A stretch of DNA of 64,000 nt from Candidatus Sungbacteria bacterium RIFCSPLOWO2_01_FULL_47_32. GTDB taxonomy: Bacteria > Patescibacteriota > Minisyncoccia > Sungbacterales > GWA2-42-14. The stretch spans positions 13,881 through 77,880 of the forward strand of contig MHQP01000018.1 in the NCBI GenBank assembly GCA_001820685.1, in the 5' to 3' direction. Position numbers and translations under genes: made by a program. Below are positions 19,329 through 27,781 of this stretch, in pieces. How positions within the stretch are numbered: the stretch's first letter is position 1; each line of letters starts with the position of its first letter. Below the pieces are notes generated by a model. That model searched no databases, was not told the DNA's origin, and saw only the letters and a list, made by a program, of their open reading frames with translations.

Positions 19329-21238
19329 GCATAGCTCGCCGCTCCGATGAAAACCCGATATTGCTTCCCAACAAAGACCATCCGTGGGAAGCGGAGGCAG
19401 TTTTCAACTGCTGTCCGGTTCGAAAAGGCCACACCATCAATCTTTTATACCGTGCGGTTTCTTCTCTCCATTTTCATGCCGAGGCGGGAACGCAACTTCG
19501 CGTGTCGTCCATCGGGCTTGCCGAAAGCAAGGACGGCATACATTTCAAAAAACGAAGACAATTTATTTTACCGGAAGAAGATTGGGACCGCTACGGATGC
19601 GAAGACCCCCGCGTTACAAAGCTCGGGGATAAATATTATATTTTTTATACGGCGCTCTCTCGGTTCCCACTTTCTCCGGAAGGCATACGCGTAGGAGTTG
19701 CGATAACTAAAGATTTCAAAAAGATCGAAAAACATCCGGTAACGCCGTTTAATTCGAAGGCAATGGCGCTCTTTCCGGAACGCATTGGCGGAAAGTACTG
19801 GGCGATACTTACGGCAAATACCGATATGCCTCCGGCGCGCGTTGCGCTCGCCTCTTTCGAACGGGAAGAAGACATATGGTCGGCGATGCATTGGGCGGAT
19901 TGGTACGCCTCGCTTGATTCTCATGTCCTTCCGCTTCAGCGTTCTCACGAGGACCATATCGAGGTCGGCTCGCCCCCCGTCAAAACAAAGCACGGGTGGC
20001 TTGTCATTTATTCCTACATTCGGAATTATTTTTCTCCGAATAAGATATTCGGCATTGAGGCGGTTTTGCTCGACCTTCAAAATCCCATGCGTATCATCGG
20101 GCGAACGAGTGCCCCCATCATGGTACCGGAAGAAGAGTACGAGAGGTACGGGGAGATACCAAACATCGTTTTTCCGTCGGGGGTTCGCTTTGAAAAAGGT
20201 AGAGTTCATATTTACTATGGGGCCGCAGATTCAACATGCGCCGTCGCGTCGTTCAAACTGACCGAGCTTTTGCGTGCAATGTTTCCTCCAGAGCGCAAGG
20301 AGGCGCATTTTAAACGACCTCCGGAAAACCCTATATTGAAGCCTATTCCGGAACACGCCTGGGAGGCAAAAGCAGTTTTCAATCCGGCGGCGGTCGCGAT
20401 TGGTGGGAAAATACATATTGTCTATCGTGCGATGTCCGAAGACAACACGTCCGTTTTTGGACACGCCATGACCGTTGACGGCGTACACATCGCAGAACGC
20501 GACGTGGAACCGATATACCTTCCGCGCGAAGAATTCGAGCGCAAGCTTCAGCCGGGAAATTCCGGCTGTGAGGACCCGCGCCTCACAAAAATAGACAGAA
20601 AAATTTTTATGCTCTATACAGCTTTTGACGCAAAAAACCCTCCGCGGGTCGCTCTTACGTCCATTTCAGCCGACGATTTTGAGAAAAGGAAATGGAACTG
20701 GTCGCGTCCAATTCTCATATCTCCTCCCGGGTTAGATGACAAGGATGCATGCATTTTTCCGGTGAAGTTCAATCGAAAATATATTATATTCCACCGTATC
20801 GGACGAAGTGTCGACCTCGCGTTAGTTGATGACCTTGAGTTTAAAAAAGAACGGCCGTGGCTGGAGGAGCATAAGTGGCTCATGCCCCGAAGAGGTTCCT
20901 GGGACGGGGAGAAGGTCGGCATTGCGGCCCCTCCGGTCAAAACAAAGCACGGATGGGTGCTCTTATACCACGGCGTTTCGGATATCGACCACTGGTATCG
21001 TGTTGGGGCATTGTTGTTAGACAAGCGGAACCCGACAAAAATTCTTGCAAGAACCCTTCACCCGATATTTGAGCCCGAGATGCCGTACGAAAAAACGGGG
21101 CAAGTTGCTCATGTTGTTTTTCCGTGCGGGAACGTCGTGCGCAAAGAGAGCATATACATATACTACGGCGGAGGGGATTCGGTGGTGGGAGTCGCATCTA
21201 TTGAAATACGTGCTCTTATGAAAGCGCTTGGAAAGTAA
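19325..21238 (+). CDS. protein with two tandem GH130-like modules
   Basis: Start at the ATG overlapping the upstream TGA (ATGA). Module 1 carries ENPILLP...FNCCPV...LLYRAV...GCEDPRVT; module 2 (from about 20290) carries ENPILKP...FNPAAV...IVYRAM...GCEDPRLT. Confidence 0.75.
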   Translation: MSIARRSDENPILLPNKDHPWEAEAVFNCCPVRKGHTINLLYRAVSSLHFHAEAGTQLRVSSIGLAESKDGIHFKKRRQFILPEEDWDRYGCEDPRVTKLGDKYYIFYTALSRFPLSPEGIRVGVAITKDFKKIEKHPVTPFNSKAMALFPERIGGKYWAILTANTDMPPARVALASFEREEDIWSAMHWADWYASLDSHVLPLQRSHEDHIEVGSPPVKTKHGWLVIYSYIRNYFSPNKIFGIEAVLLDLQNPMRIIGRTSAPIMVPEEEYERYGEIPNIVFPSGVRFEKGRVHIYYGAADSTCAVASFKLTELLRAMFPPERKEAHFKRPPENPILKPIPEHAWEAKAVFNPAAVAIGGKIHIVYRAMSEDNTSVFGHAMTVDGVHIAERDVEPIYLPREEFERKLQPGNSGCEDPRLTKIDRKIFMLYTAFDAKNPPRVALTSISADDFEKRKWNWSRPILISPPGLDDKDACIFPVKFNRKYIIFHRIGRSVDLALVDDLEFKKERPWLEEHKWLMPRRGSWDGEKVGIAAPPVKTKHGWVLLYHGVSDIDHWYRVGALLLDKRNPTKILARTLHPIFEPEMPYEKTGQVAHVVFPCGNVVRKESIYIYYGGGDSVVGVASIEIRALMKALGK

Positions 21239-21578
21239 GACGGATCGAACCTCTACAAATACTCGGTCGCTTCCCTTAAATACTCTTGGACTAATTCCTA
21301 TGTATTACGCCGAAAAACACACGCGTTCAGTAGTAATCAATAACATTCCGCATCACGGTCATTATTTCTGACCTTGCTCTTATTTTTTCTATAACACATC
21401 GCTAGGACATCGCACTCGGGCTTATTGTCATAATCAATGTCACACGTGCTCTCTTGTATTATCTTCACGAGCACATCTTGAATCGGCTTGACTGGGGAAG
21501 AGAAGAGATTGGCGGTGAGGCATTGAAAGAAATCCTAGATTCCTCTATACTTCAGGAGTTACTCTAACGTTTACCCAC

Positions 21579-21869
21579 ATGGAACAAAAGCCTCGTTGTC
21601 AAAGCTGCGGAATACCGGTTGGCGAATTTATTCAAAAAGACGGGAGTAAGGCAGCAAACTTCGGAACCAACATGGATGGTTCGACGAACTCCGAATACTG
21701 TTCAACATGCTTCCAAAAAGGAACATATACAGACCCCGATGAAACGCTCGAAACCATGATGGAAAAGACGGAAATGAACATGATTGAAAATCTCCATTTT
21801 CCAACAGCGCGCGCTCACGACCTTGTTGAAGAAATCACACCAAAGCTCAAGCGGTGGAAGCGTCTATGA
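21579..21869 (+). CDS. zinc-ribbon domain protein
   Basis: CQSCGIP...CSTCFQKG resembles putative zinc-ribbon domain proteins of anaerobes; 96 aa. Confidence 0.5.
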   Translation: MEQKPRCQSCGIPVGEFIQKDGSKAANFGTNMDGSTNSEYCSTCFQKGTYTDPDETLETMMEKTEMNMIENLHFPTARAHDLVEEITPKLKRWKRL

Positions 21870-21896
21870 GTATTAAAATTCATACCCTCCTTCACA

Positions 21897-21925
21897 TAAA
21901 AAGGATCCCCGAAAGGGGATTTTTA
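21897..21925. terminator. bidirectional rho-independent terminator between convergent genes
   Basis: AAAA-ggatcccc-gaaa-ggggat-TTTT (21903-21920) with A/T runs on both sides. Confidence 0.6.
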
Positions 21926-22393
21926 TATTACAGTTCTCATGGCAAGAGATAGTATAACGCCATTGAGCAGAAGTCCTATCGCGACAGCCGTCCAACCGCT
22001 CCAGAGAAGTGTCGTGATCCAAGCAGCGACATTAAGGCCGTGAGAACCAAATCCCGCTCCGACAAGGCCTGCGATGAGCGAGTGCGATTTACTGATAGGG
22101 TAACCGTTCCGCGCGGCAATAAGTCCCCAGAGGATAAGCCCAATCATGGCGGCCGCAATGGTTTTGAGATTGATATGCGAAACATTAACGAACCCTTTGC
22201 TGATGGTTGCGGCAACCGCAGTGCCGCTGGTGGCACCCGCGACGTTCATGACGACTGCAATCATAATTGCGATACGCGGAGGAAGAACGGACGTTGAGAC
22301 AACCGTTGCGATCGCGTTCGGCGCATCTGTCCAGCCGTTGATAAATTCAGCCATTAGGACAAGGAAGAGGACGAAGAGAAGTCCTGCTTCCAT
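21923..22393 (-). pseudogene. inorganic phosphate transporter PiT family, N-terminal half only (likely gene remnant)
   Basis: EFINGWTDAPNAIATVVSTSVLPP matches the PiT N-terminal signature (F.NG.HD.ANAIAT), but the ORF is only 156 aa against ~330 for PiT proteins. It ends directly at the terminator. Confidence 0.45.
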
Positions 22394-22395
22394 GC

Positions 22396-22656
22396 CTATA
22401 GTTTCCGCGATATTGACTTGACGACGTCCGCCACATTTTCACAATGGTCGGTTGCTTCCTCAAGCTTCTCAATGATATCTTTCCACTTGAGAAACATCCG
22501 GTCATTCACCACAGGGTCGGTATCAAGCGCCTCAAGGGCTCTGCGTTTGACGGTGTTTGCTATATGATTGACAAAGTACCCGTGGAACTTAGCATCGTGG
22601 GAATTGCGGAACATGCCTTCGAGCATTCCCATCTCCAACGCCGAATTTCCGACCAT
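22396..22656 (-). pseudogene. PhoU-like DUF47 phosphate-transport regulator, C-terminal half only (likely gene remnant)
   Basis: 86 aa resembling the C-terminal half of ~205-aa DUF47/PhoU-like proteins (…WKDIIEKLEEATDHCENVADVVKSI). Only 25 nt separate it from the divergent glycosylase gene, so the N-terminal half is absent. Confidence 0.45.
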
Positions 22657-22681
22657 TTTATAATATACTAAAAATACAAAA

Positions 22682-23527
22682 ATGTCAATAAACTTTCCGG
22701 TTAAGCTCTTTCAGACAAAAATTTTCAAGTGGTATCGCGTACACGGCAGACACGAACTGCCGTGGAGAAAATCCCACAGCCCGTACCGCATCCTTGTTTC
22801 CGAAATAATGCTCCAGCAAACGCAGGTTTGCCGGGTCATTCCAAAGTATAAAAGTTTTCTCAAAAAATTTCCGACTATAAAAAAACTTGCCGAAGCCCCT
22901 CTGCTGGCGGTCCTGAAGGAATGGCGCGGTTTGGGATATAACAGAAGAGCGGTGTATCTGAAGCGCACAGCGGAAATAATTCTGCGTGAGCATAAAGGGA
23001 TTTTTCCAAAAGAAGCTGAGACCCTCCTAAAATTTCCCGGCATAGGACGCTACTCGGCCGGAGCAATTCGCGTATTCGCCTGGAACGAACCTGATGTTCT
23101 CATTGAAACGAACATCCGCAGAGTTTATATTCATTTTTTCTTCCGCAACCATGAAAAAATTTCTGATAGCAAACTCAAAAAAGTTATAGAGCGCACCACG
23201 CAGAGAGCGAATCCAAGAATTTGGTACTGGGCGCTCATGGACTACGGAGCTGCCGCTCTCAAAAGCGTTCCGAACCCAAACCGAAAGAGCAGGCACTACG
23301 CGAAGCAAAAACCGTTTAGCGGCTCCCGAAGGCAGGCGCGTTCAAAAGTCCTCGGATATATGATGAAAAAAGAAGGCGGAGCCCGCCTTCCTCTGATAAA
23401 GCGCATTTTAAATTCAGACCGAAAACTTCAGAAGTATTCCTTGCAAGCCCGTTCAATCCTTGAAGAGCTTGGGAGTGAAGGATTTCTTGTTTCTCGGAAA
23501 GGCCTTTGGCGCGTCTCTGAAAATTAA
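22682..23527 (+). CDS. HhH-GPD DNA glycosylase, MutY/Nth-like, without the 4Fe-4S cysteine loop
   Basis: WYRVHGRHELPWR...PYRILVSEIMLQQTQV...GLGYNRRA...FPGIGRYSAGAI are MutY N-terminal-domain motifs. No C-x6-C-x2-C-x5-C follows; instead a basic C-terminal region. Confidence 0.7.
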   Translation: MSINFPVKLFQTKIFKWYRVHGRHELPWRKSHSPYRILVSEIMLQQTQVCRVIPKYKSFLKKFPTIKKLAEAPLLAVLKEWRGLGYNRRAVYLKRTAEIILREHKGIFPKEAETLLKFPGIGRYSAGAIRVFAWNEPDVLIETNIRRVYIHFFFRNHEKISDSKLKKVIERTTQRANPRIWYWALMDYGAAALKSVPNPNRKSRHYAKQKPFSGSRRQARSKVLGYMMKKEGGARLPLIKRILNSDRKLQKYSLQARSILEELGSEGFLVSRKGLWRVSEN

Positions 23528-24858
23528 ACTGCCCGCGCTGCCTCCTCGAGCGTAGTGAGTCCTGCCAAAACTTTTTCACGCGCGTCCTGTTTTAGGGTTT
23601 TCATGCCAGCTCCTTCAATATATGCCTGCAACGCGGACATAGGACTCCGTTCAACAATAAGTGCGCGCAATTGGTTATCAAATTCAAAAAGTTCAAAAAT
23701 TCCTACACGTCCATAAAATCCCGTCTTACTGCATTTTGCGCAGCCTTCACCTTTCATAAACCGGTGTACAACGGTTGAGTCAATATCAAAATATTTCAAG
23801 TACTCCGGACTCGGCACATACGGAACTCTGCAATTCTGGCATATTTTACGGACAAGCCGCTGGGAAATGACGCCGTTGAGCGCGTACGCGATAAGGCTCC
23901 GGTCAATATTCATATCCATGAGGCGGGCAATGGTTCCGGCGACGGTATTGGCGTGAATTGTCGAAAATACAATGCGACCGGAAAGAGAGGAGCGTATGGC
24001 GTTCTCCGCGGTTTCGTGGTCGCGAATTTCTCCTATCATCATGCCGTCAGGGTCTTGCCGCAAAATCGAGCGGATGCCCGTCGCAAAGTCAAAGCCCTGC
24101 GTCGGGTTTACCTGTACCTGCCGTATATTCTCAATAGAAAGCTCAACAGGGTCTTCAAGCGTTATGATATTTCTCTCCTTGCTTTTGAGCTCAATAAGAA
24201 TAGAGTAGAGCGTCGTTGTTTTTCCGGACCCTGCGGGGCCGGTAACAAGAACCATTCCGTACGGGCGCGTGATTAGACGCTTCAGCGCTGAGTACTCCTT
24301 ATCGTCAAGTCCGAGATCTTTCAGTGAAATAAGCATTTCTTCGCGGTTCAAAAGCCGAAGAACCACAGCTTCTCCTTTGACGGTCGGAAAAATGGAAACG
24401 CGAATGTCAAACAGCCGTGCGTGCTGAGCGCCAGAGACTGTTTCAGCCTGCGCGCGAAGCTGTGGATTCGGTTTTTCTTCTTCAGCGCCTGGAATTCTTC
24501 CGAAAAGGCGTGAAAGGGGATCGGAACGCCCTTCCTTTCCGCGAAGTGTCTCCTCTTCGTGAGCGGCTTGAAGGTTCGGCTTGTACAGAAATTCAAAATG
24601 GCCGTCCTGGGGGCCAACATGCGTTGTTATATCAAGGTTGCTTAACGCCTTAATGCGGGTAGTGAGGGGTTCAAGGTCATAGAGCGGCCATAATCCCTTT
24701 TCCTGTAAAATACCGTCTATCCGAAACCGGATGGACATTTCTTTCACAAGGGGCTCGATGTGGATGTCGCTTGTTCGTTCCGTAATAGCCTGCGTCAGGA
24801 CAGTATCAAAGAACTCCTCGATTGTTATTTCGTTTTTCGGCGGTTCGGCTTGAGCCAT
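23524..24858 (-). CDS. type II secretion/type IV pilus assembly ATPase (GspE/PilB family)
   Basis: Walker A GPAGSGKTT, Asp/His boxes, and a C-terminal tetracysteine CQNC...C-x2-C zinc site. 444 aa. Confidence 0.85.
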   Translation of the reverse strand: MAQAEPPKNEITIEEFFDTVLTQAITERTSDIHIEPLVKEMSIRFRIDGILQEKGLWPLYDLEPLTTRIKALSNLDITTHVGPQDGHFEFLYKPNLQAAHEEETLRGKEGRSDPLSRLFGRIPGAEEEKPNPQLRAQAETVSGAQHARLFDIRVSIFPTVKGEAVVLRLLNREEMLISLKDLGLDDKEYSALKRLITRPYGMVLVTGPAGSGKTTTLYSILIELKSKERNIITLEDPVELSIENIRQVQVNPTQGFDFATGIRSILRQDPDGMMIGEIRDHETAENAIRSSLSGRIVFSTIHANTVAGTIARLMDMNIDRSLIAYALNGVISQRLVRKICQNCRVPYVPSPEYLKYFDIDSTVVHRFMKGEGCAKCSKTGFYGRVGIFELFEFDNQLRALIVERSPMSALQAYIEGAGMKTLKQDAREKVLAGLTTLEEAARAV

Positions 24859-25000
24859 ACGTTCGGCAGACCAGTGCCTCCGGAGCAGTCCGACAACACC
24901 GATGCAAAGTTACAAATATGCATATATCGTACCATTTTTGAAGGTAAACATTATCCACAGTTTGCGTTGTCATCCTTGCCAAAACACGCAAAATGGGGGT

Positions 25001-25333
25001 ATGGAACAGCAACAAATGCCGGCGCGCATGATTTACGCGCTTTTTGGAGCCACTATCCTTGTTTCGCTTATTAGCGGGTACGTATACGCGCTGACGGAGA
25101 AAAGTTCCGGATATGAAGACTGATACTCGGCAGGGGTGGAAGCGGAAAGAAACCAAGCGACGCGTGCAATCGCATGCGATGAAAAAAGACAAGCATCTCT
25201 GGACGCCAAAAAAGCCACTGACGCGGTAAACCCATTCGAGAGCACCCAAACGAATCCGCTCGGAGCGGGATACCAGAATCCCTTGATAAAGCGGCGGTTA
25301 ACCTGTTCAAGTAGTTCAGTGACGATGGGTTAA
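25001..25333 (+). pseudogene. decayed paralog of the small TM/NP-motif protein (in-frame TGA)
   Basis: MEQQQMPARMIYALFGATILVSLISGYVYALTEKSSGYED, then TGA at 25121-25123, then the same frame continues ...KKATDAVNPFESTQTNPLGAGYQNPLIKRR... This matches the TM plus NP-motif architecture of 3945-4217. Confidence 0.35.
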
Positions 25334-25446
25334 AATTGGTTTTTCTCTATTTACATATATCGACATATTTCGTAACAATTTTTATTTTTCGTTTTTTACA
25401 TTCGCTCTTGGACTCGCCGCTGTTTTAGGCGGTCTCGCATTCACGA

Positions 25447-25776
25447 ATGCCGCCCCCCTCACCTATTGCCATACCATTTCCGATCGCAGAACTTAGAAAT
25501 TGCGCCGACAAACAAAGTTGTTCGGCGTTTTGTGATGACCTTGTAAACTGTCAAGCCTGCTATGATTTTGCAAAAAGCCATAATCTTTTGAAAGAAGGCG
25601 AACGCGCTGCAGACCTTCCAAAAATCAGACCTGGAGGGTGCTCTTCGATTTCGACCTGCAAAGCGTATTGTGAAAACGCCGCGAATCGCGCCATTCCCAA
25701 AAGTTCGATTTCCGGAGAACAGCCCGGCATCTTCGGGCTTCTCCTGTGGCCGTTGATACAGGTTCTTCGGCAATAG
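25447..25776 (+). CDS. truncated paralog of the cysteine-repeat protein (two 4-Cys modules), probably frameshifted at its 5' end
   Basis: C-x5-C-x3-C...C-x2-C-YDFAKSHNL and GGC-x5-C-x3-C modules homologous to the 4226-6373 modules. A signal-peptide-like segment (FALGLAAVLGGLAFTNA, 25401-25451) lies in another frame, joined through a C6 tract at 25453-25458. Confidence 0.45.
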   Translation: MPPPSPIAIPFPIAELRNCADKQSCSAFCDDLVNCQACYDFAKSHNLLKEGERAADLPKIRPGGCSSISTCKAYCENAANRAIPKSSISGEQPGIFGLLLWPLIQVLRQ

Positions 25777-25828
25777 TTTTTTAAGTCATACAGTCGCCCT
25801 TGGCGGCTGTTTTTGTTATAATTCAAGC

Positions 25829-26770
25829 ATGCCATTTTTGTTTTCAAATTGGATACTCGTCGCCATTTTTGCTTATTTTCTGCATGCCGGAAACGTCATC
25901 ATGGACAAGATTCTCCTAAAAGAGCATCACATATCAAATCCCTTCAGTTATGCATTCTATGGAGGAATTTGGGGGGGGCTTGCCTGCATATTGATACCCT
26001 TTGCGTCCTTTTTTGTTCCGAGCGTTTCGGTTCTTCTGTTAGCGTTCTTATCCGGCGGAGCTTCCATAGCGGCCCTTATGTTCTTTTATAGCGCAATGAA
26101 AGAGGGGGAGCCATCTCGCATTTCGACACTGCTCGGAGGATTGAGCCCTGTCTTCGTCTTCTTTCTTTCTTTTCTGTTTTTCGGAACCTTTATAGAAGGT
26201 TTTGACCTTGTCGCATTCTTCATTCTTATTCTAGGTGGAGTTATCGTAACGTACGAACCGCATCAACATTCCGGACGCAGGCGTTCAACGCGGATAGCTC
26301 TTGTTGTACTTGCTGCGTTCTGCTTTGCTCTTACATATGTTTCGGCACGCGCTGTTTTTAATTCGACACCGTTCCTTACCGGATTCATTTGGACTCGTTT
26401 CGGGGCATGTGTGGCCTCGCTCTTACTTCTGCTCCATCCCTCGCTTCGCAAAAACATTTTTTCATGGTCTCCGCGTCGAAGTTCGCATACGTCGGGACTG
26501 TTCGTCACAAATAAACTTGCGGCCGCCGGAGGTTTTTTTCTTTTAAGCTACAGCATTTCCCTCATTCCTTTCGCGTCTCCGGAAAAAGTAAGCATCGTGA
26601 ACGCCATGCAGGGAATTGAATATGTGTTCGTTTTTCTTCTGGCCCTGTTTCTTTCAGTCTCGTATCCGGCGGTTATTTCAGAACATATTGACGCAAAAAC
26701 AATTCTTCTGAAAATTACAGCCGTGCTTTGTGTAGCCGGTGGTCTTATTTTACTTGCATTTGGTTCTTAA
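25829..26770 (+). CDS. EamA/DMT-superfamily membrane transporter
   Basis: 313 aa, ten predicted TM helices in two repeated halves. Confidence 0.7.
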   Translation: MPFLFSNWILVAIFAYFLHAGNVIMDKILLKEHHISNPFSYAFYGGIWGGLACILIPFASFFVPSVSVLLLAFLSGGASIAALMFFYSAMKEGEPSRISTLLGGLSPVFVFFLSFLFFGTFIEGFDLVAFFILILGGVIVTYEPHQHSGRRRSTRIALVVLAAFCFALTYVSARAVFNSTPFLTGFIWTRFGACVASLLLLLHPSLRKNIFSWSPRRSSHTSGLFVTNKLAAAGGFFLLSYSISLIPFASPEKVSIVNAMQGIEYVFVFLLALFLSVSYPAVISEHIDAKTILLKITAVLCVAGGLILLAFGS

Positions 26771-26779
26771 GCATCCCAC

Positions 26780-27778
26780 ATGAGAAAACATAAAAAAATT
26801 ATAGTAGTGGGTTGTGGCTTTGCATTTCTTGCCGTTTTTTTGTACGTGCTATCCCGCCCGTTTCCGAGTAATCAAAAAATAAATTACGGAATGACGTTCT
26901 CAAAAATATTTTCGGAGAAAATGAACGGCGATTGGAAAACTGCATATCTCGCACTGCTTGACGACCTTGGGGTGCGCAGATTGCGTCTTGCGGCGTACTG
27001 GCCGGAAATTGAAAAAACGGAAGGAACGTACGACTTTTCGGATACGGACTGGCAAGTGAGCGAGGCATCAAAGCGCAAAGTTGAAATTGTTCTTGCTGTC
27101 GGCGAAAAGCTTCCAAGATGGCCCGAATGCCACACTCCCGAGTGGGTGAACGCCTATCCTAGGGGCGAACGGCAGGAAAAACTTATCCGCCTTATTGAGG
27201 CGGTTATCAATCGGTATAAAAGCAATGCATCTATAAAAATGTGGCAAGTTGAGAACGAGCCGTTTCTTCCCTTTGGTGAGTGCCCCGGACTTGATAAAAC
27301 ATTTCTAGGCAGAGAAATTTCTCTTGTGAGGTCTTTGGACACAGGACGCACGATACTTCTCACGGACTCCGGAGAACTTGGAACATGGATACCCGCGGCG
27401 CGCAGGGGAGACGCGTTCGGAACCAGCATCTATTTCCAGGTAAATAACCGCTTTTTTGGACAAATGGCCTATCATTTGCCTTCAGGATTTTTCCGCGCGA
27501 AAAAGCGCGTGCTTGATTTTTTTGTTCCTGAAAAACGCGACATCGTCATAGAGTTCCAGATGGAGCCGTGGACTCATCTTCAAAACTACGAAACCGAAGT
27601 CGAAGAACAGATGAATGCGTTCTCCGCGATGTCTTTTGACGACCGAATTCTATTCCTGAAGAAGACCGGTTTCGATACCGCCTATCTCTGGGGAGGGGAA
27701 TGGTGGTATTGGCTTAAGACCGTAAAAAATATGCCGGAGTTTTGGGAGAAAGGAAAAAAACTATTTGCAGATGATTAG
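26780..27778 (+). CDS. membrane-anchored glycoside hydrolase, clan GH-A TIM-barrel (GH5/GH42-like)
   Basis: N-terminal TM anchor, then a WQVENEP motif (clan GH-A acid/base NEP) and Trp/Tyr-rich barrel strands. Confidence 0.55.
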   Translation: MRKHKKIIVVGCGFAFLAVFLYVLSRPFPSNQKINYGMTFSKIFSEKMNGDWKTAYLALLDDLGVRRLRLAAYWPEIEKTEGTYDFSDTDWQVSEASKRKVEIVLAVGEKLPRWPECHTPEWVNAYPRGERQEKLIRLIEAVINRYKSNASIKMWQVENEPFLPFGECPGLDKTFLGREISLVRSLDTGRTILLTDSGELGTWIPAARRGDAFGTSIYFQVNNRFFGQMAYHLPSGFFRAKKRVLDFFVPEKRDIVIEFQMEPWTHLQNYETEVEEQMNAFSAMSFDDRILFLKKTGFDTAYLWGGEWWYWLKTVKNMPEFWEKGKKLFADD

Positions 27779-27781
27779 CTT

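Noticed and set aside
21239-21330. tRNA on the minus strand suggested by ggatcgaacc (resembling a T-arm in reverse complement)
   Set aside because: The reverse complement does not give a 7-bp acceptor stem, a D-arm, or a T-stem pairing around TTCGATC. No CCA or anticodon-arm geometry could be built by eye.
25121-25123. Possible UGA recoding (as in SR1/Gracilibacteria) to explain the in-frame TGA
   Set aside because: TGA terminates many ordinary genes here, for example the ATGA junction at 19325-19328. The genome therefore uses the standard code, and the in-frame TGA is better explained as a nonsense mutation or an error.
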